From NCBI RefSeq assembly GCF_000143415.4, contig NW_003314375.1:310001-374000 (forward strand): a DNA stretch of 64,000 bases. The letters run 5' to 3'. Below, one piece after another: positions 59,246 to 64,000 of this stretch. How positions within the stretch are numbered: position 1 is the first letter of the stretch; the number at the start of each line of letters is the position of its first letter. The notes below the pieces were generated by a model. That model searched no databases and was not told where the DNA came from. It saw only the letters and a program-made list of their open reading frames with translations. The translations under genes and the position numbers were made by a program. This stretch comes from Selaginella moellendorffii. Taxonomy: Eukaryota; Plantae; Lycopodiophyta.

Positions 59246-61676
59246 CGGCGGCGGCGAGATCCGCGGCTGAGCTGCCCCAACTTCCTGGCGGGCCGAGTGC
59301 CGTGTGCGTGCTCGGATGAGGAGGACGAGGAGGAAGCGGAGAGGTCCAAGAAGCGTTCCAAGCTCTCTAGTGCTCGCTGCCAGGTCCCCGCCTGTCACGC
59401 AGACCTCACTCCTCTCAAGGGCTACCACCAGCGCCACCGGGTGTGCCTCACCTGTGCCAATGCTACGTCCGTCTGGGTGCGCGGCCAAGACCAGAGATAC
59501 TGCCAGCAATGTGGCAAGTAAGTTGACGTGCTGTATACACCCCCCTCTGAGGACCTTTTGCTCTCCTCAGGTTTCATCCCCTGGGCGACTTTGACGAGGG
59601 CAAGCGGAGCTGCAGGAGGAAGCTCGAGAGGCACAACGACAGGAGGCGGCGCAAGCTGCCCGAGTCTGGCGACACTAGCGTGGTCAGCGACAAGCATGGC
59701 ACTGCTCCCAACACCACCACCAACTCAGATGGTATGCACCCCTGTTTACGTTTCATGTTGGAGCGGCCGTTAATGCCTTCTCCCTTGCAGTCAGCGACGT
59801 CCAGCAGGGCGTGGCAGGAGGAGGAGGAGCTCCCTCCGCGAATGACCTCTACTGCCTCCGCTCGCATGCCCAGCGCTTGCTACAAGGGAGCAAGCCACCC
59901 CACCATGAAGGTGACGACGATTCATTCGGTGTTGACACCAGTGTTGCAAGCGGGGAGGAGTCACTGCTTGCAATGCTGCTGGAAGAGCAGCAAGAGCAAC
60001 ACAACAACCAATCCATGTCCACGACGTCGGGCTTCCCAAAGCGTACCACCTACACCTCACCGGTGAGATCAGACCATGACTTCTCTTAGCTAAATGTGTA
60101 TGCCCGTCTCGTCTGCAGTGTCCAACAAGGCGGATATCCTTCAAGTTTTATGACTGGAACCCCGCCGACTTTCCACGGAGACTTCGAGGACAGGTATTCC
60201 CTCGATGCCCTTGAACTCCGTTGGCTCATCCGCGTTTTCTCCTTCGCAGATTATGGAGTGGCTAGCCAATATGCCTGTGGAGCTTGAAGGCTACATCCGC
60301 TCCGGGTGCACCATCCTCACACTCTTCATCGCCATGCCGCAATCACTCTGGGCCAAGGTTCGTCTGTGTTGGAGGCTGCCACACTTTCTCGAGACTCTTT
60401 ATTTTGGATACAGCTGGAGGAAGATTGGAATGACTACCTTGCCAAACTTACCACCGGTGCTGAGACTGGCTTTTGGGACAAAGGCTTTGTCTTGGCATTT
60501 CTAGGCAACCAAGTTGCATACATTCACAATGGTAGTCAGTAATTATAATCTCGGCTTCATTCACGTGCTTTCTCACGCTTGCTTGCTTGCACAGGTTCAG
60601 TTTCGTCGCCGTCACTTTGTGAAAGAGCAACCAAGAAGTATCCAGTTATTGAAGCAGTGTTTCCTCTCTGCGTAGAGGCAGGAACTGAGGCGACCGTGAC
60701 CCTCACGGGGCACAACCTCTTGAAGCTCAACTCGAGGTGAGTGTGGCGGGCGAAATCTACTTCCCCCCTAACTAACTGGGCCCTGATAATATGGCAGAGT
60801 ACTGGTTGCCTCACGGGGAAAGTATCTCCCCTGTTGCATACGCGCTTCCAGCCACTTCTACACCAGCATACAGATTGATGTGCTCGTCCCCCAAGGACCG
60901 GGAGTTGCCTTCGTTGAGGTACGTCAAGTTCGTTCTGCAGACTTGAGGTGATTTTGGCACACTTAATGCAGATAGGCTATGATCATGGGATTAGCAACTC
61001 CGTCCCGCTTCTTGTAGCAGACAAACAGCTGTGCGAAGAGGTGCAGACGCTGGAGCGGGATTTGAAAGCTTCAAGCTCTGGCTGCTGCTCGGGGCGAGAT
61101 GCTTGCAGGCTGGAGACACATGAGGTACTGGTTGACCTTGGTTGGGTGATCAGTCACACCTCTCGGGCCAAACGGGTTTCTGCTACACCAATGCACGTTT
61201 GCCGTCTCCAACGGCTTTTAGTGTTTGCTGTTGAAAGAGGATGGACTGCTGCCACAAAGCGAATCTTAGAAGCCGCTCGACAAATGGGACAATCTGATGG
61301 AGTTGGTATTGAAAAGGCTCTCCAAGCAGCAGTGGCGCACAACAGGGCAGACATTATCAAAGTTCTGCTGCTTTATCAAGGCAAACGAGAAGCATGCCTT
61401 GACGAGGTGCGTGTACGTGTGCTTTGTTTATAGCCCTTTTTTAACTTCCTTTGGTATCAGGGGTTTGCGGACGGGCCTGCTGCTGCTACTCTTGGGAGGC
61501 TGTGTAGCACACGCCTGTTGCACTCGAGCAGCCTGAGATACAAGCGAAGAACCATTGTCAAAGTGGCAGTGGGACTTGCTGTGGCTTGTGCCGGGATCTG
61601 TCTCGTGGTCCAGCATCCTCGTCAAGTGTTCCACATCTCTACGTCACTGCGACGCTGCCTGTGGTACAAACCATAA
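59246..61676 (+). CDS. SPL7: SBP-box transcription factor, SPL7/CRR1 type (start in gap)
   Basis: CQVPAC..GYHQRHRVCLTC (Cys4 first finger), RYCQQCGKFH..GKRSCRRKLERHNDRRRRK; RISFKFYDWNPADFPRRLR; MPVELEGYIRSGCTILT; C-terminal TM. Confidence 0.88.
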
Positions 61677-61738
61677 GGCTGACAGCTGGAGTTTACATGT
61701 ACTGAAGCACAATTTGGGCAAAAACTAATTTACAAGAG

Positions 61739-64000
61739 CTAGCTGGAAGCTTGAAACTTAACGCTGCCGGCATCATCCCGTTGTGCCAAGGGGAGCTCCA
61801 GGCTGACCAGGAAGAAGTTTTTGCCGGGTTCCCTGAGGTACTCCACTTCCCCGTTCATGAGTTTGACGAGTTTGCGGCACATGCTGAGGCCCAGGCCCTC
61901 CTGTGTCATACCTCGGCCCCTGTCAAACATCTCCTGGACAAGCTCTTCAGGGAGGCCAACACCTGGGTGAGTTATCCTGCCGGGACAGATTGCCAGTGTC
62001 AGTATGAGCGCAAAATCAATCAGATAGAAAGAAACATTTTTCAGCTTGTCGTGTCTCACCTGAACTCGAGATGCATCACATGCACACCACCACCCAAGCG
62101 CTTTCTAGACGTGGCCACCTTTATCCCCACCCAATTCTCGGATGACGGAGTGAAGCGGATCGCGTTGAGCAGGAAATCTGCCAGAACCTGCTGGAGGCGC
62201 ACCTGGTCGCCGTACAGAAACATGGCCTTGATCTCCTTTGGAGTCTCCCGAATCAGCTGCAGGTTCTTTTCTTTAGAGGTGATCATGCCCTGGCTGATGA
62301 CAGCGTCCATAACCGTCCCCATCATGAACTCAGTCGTATCCAGCTCCAGGTAGCTGCCAATGCCAGACATTAGACAAGAAAAAAACAAAACTCGTGCTAG
62401 CTGCAAAATGTAGATAAAAGAAACTACGTACCCATCCTCAATGCTTTCCAGGTCCATATCGTCCAGGATCTTCCTTATTTGCTTCTCGCACACAGCACCA
62501 GTCTCTACGTACTGCTTCTGATCCTCGGACAGGTCGGTGGTTTCCATGAGAGTCCGAGTGAACATGATGCCATAGAGCGGATTCTTTATCTCCTGGCGGA
62601 TGTAAGCCAGTTCTTTGAGCTTGGACAAGGCAACCTTCTCGGTGGCTCTTTGGACTGTCAAGGCCTGTTGCAACTCGGCACTGGCAATATGTAGGAAGCA
62701 AAACACTCCGGTGATGGAACCCTCGGCATCCGCCCGCTTGGTGGCCGTGAGGAGAGCCTCGACGTACTTGCCCTGTCGATCAAAGAAGGCGAAGGGGAAC
62801 TTCTCCGTGTCCTGGCCATCTGCTGCGCTGTTGAGAACGATCATAAATTTGGTGACGGCGTCCTGGCCTTTGAGGCGGCAGTACATCATCTGGATGCCAA
62901 ATATCTCTCCGACAAGCATCTTTCCCAGGACTTCTTCCCGCTTCCACCCAGACAGCTTTTCCATGGCAGGATTCCACTCGGAGCAGTAGCCAAACTCGTC
63001 AGCGCCAAAGATTGGCGGTATCAGCGGGTTGGGGTTCTGCACGATGGCCTTGTAGTCGCCTTGGATGCGCGTGAACTTGTCCATTACCACCTTCTGCCCC
63101 GTCACGTCCTGGCCAACGAAGCACACTCCCACCACATTGTCCGAAACGTCCCTGCTGGCGCACGCGTTGACGACCAGAATGACCGCCTCCTTGTCCTTTT
63201 GAACGCCGAACGTCTTGAGCTTGAGCTCCACGTTCTGCTCCTCGTCGCCTGGTTTGTTGTTTCACACCACACGAGACGTGGTTAGCTAGCGTGAGGTACG
63301 TGAAAGTGTGTCATGGCGTACCTTGAAGCGCCAGATAGAGCAGCCTCTCCACCATGTCCGCAGACTCTTGCAGCACCAGGTCCTTGGCGAGGGACCTCCC
63401 CATGGCCTCGGTCACGGGCAGCCCGGTGAGCTCCGCCACCTTTGCGTTCCAGCCGTTGATAAAGCCGCTCGAGTCGACAGCAAGGATGGGCGCGGTGGCG
63501 GTCTCGATGAGGCGTACCATCTCGTTGGCGACAGTGCTCAGCTCGTCCATGCCCTGGAGCTTGAGGTCGTTGAGGCGCGCGTGGATCATGGTCTTGGTGT
63601 CGCTGTCGTCAATGTCGTGGAAGGAGCCGCGGAGGATGAGCTGCAGCGAGTGTATGGCGTCCATCTCCACGTCCTCCCATGGCAGGCTCCTCCGCTTCAC
63701 CACCTCGAGGAAGGCCTTGAACGAGGAGCGGGGGTGCATCTTGCGCCCGTCGTCCTTGTCGTCGGGGTCGTGCTTGGCGCCACCCCACTTGATCTCCTTG
63801 GCGGTGTGGGAGCGGAACCAAAACAAAAAGTCCTTGGCGGTGATCTTGGCCGCGGCCATGCCGCACACCTCGTCGCCCAGTGACGCGGCACCCGGGTAGC
63901 CGGCGTCGGCCAGGCTGTCGGTGCTGAGGCCGGTGGAGTCCTTGTGGTGCTCCAGCAGCCAGTCGGCAATGTCCTTGATTTGCGCCTCGCTGGGCGTGAC
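61739..64000 (-). CDS. PHY: Phytochrome, 3' portion (PHY, PAS-PAS, HKRD); 5' outside window
   Basis: [82 protein letters not shown]. Confidence 0.97.

Noticed and set aside
58659-59509. ORFs spanning the N run
   Set aside because: Artefacts of translating through an assembly gap

Overview
Gene-dense plant nuclear DNA with about 30 intact genes, mostly 50-90 nt introns and intergenic gaps often under 100 bp. The compactness, short-motif PLS-type PPR gene, BK-type K+ channel and phytochrome point to a lycophyte, most likely Selaginella (inference, not verified). Order: BK/Slo-like channel (5' partial); 7-exon gene joining a plant-type N-terminus to a prokaryote-like HhH-GPD-fold domain; Clot-type thioredoxin; PPR-E; unknown protein; LRR-III RLK; SOSS-B; a young ~3.37 kb tandem amplicon (4 F-box copies, 4 PPR relics, 3 chimeric 3' halves of the neighbouring At3g28720-like gene); an F-box pseudogene and that parent gene; SWC4; three class III peroxidases around a CRTISO-like oxidoreductase; GSK3; VIP3; P-loop NTPase; plastid GPAT; small protein; DA1-related; CxxC-less membrane thioredoxin; HAT1; SWIM-RING; ciliate-type coiled-coil protein; TRAPPC2 (with a U12 AT-AC intron); APC6; CPN10; TBL; a 305-N gap; SPL7-like; phytochrome (3' part). 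No rRNA, tRNA, CRISPR or recognisable transposon was seen. Best leads: the HhH-GPD-like fusion gene (possible horizontal acquisition), the BK channel lacking a calcium bowl, and the amplicon with its template-switch junction. Family assignments come from recalled motifs, not database searches; exon boundaries were placed by eye.
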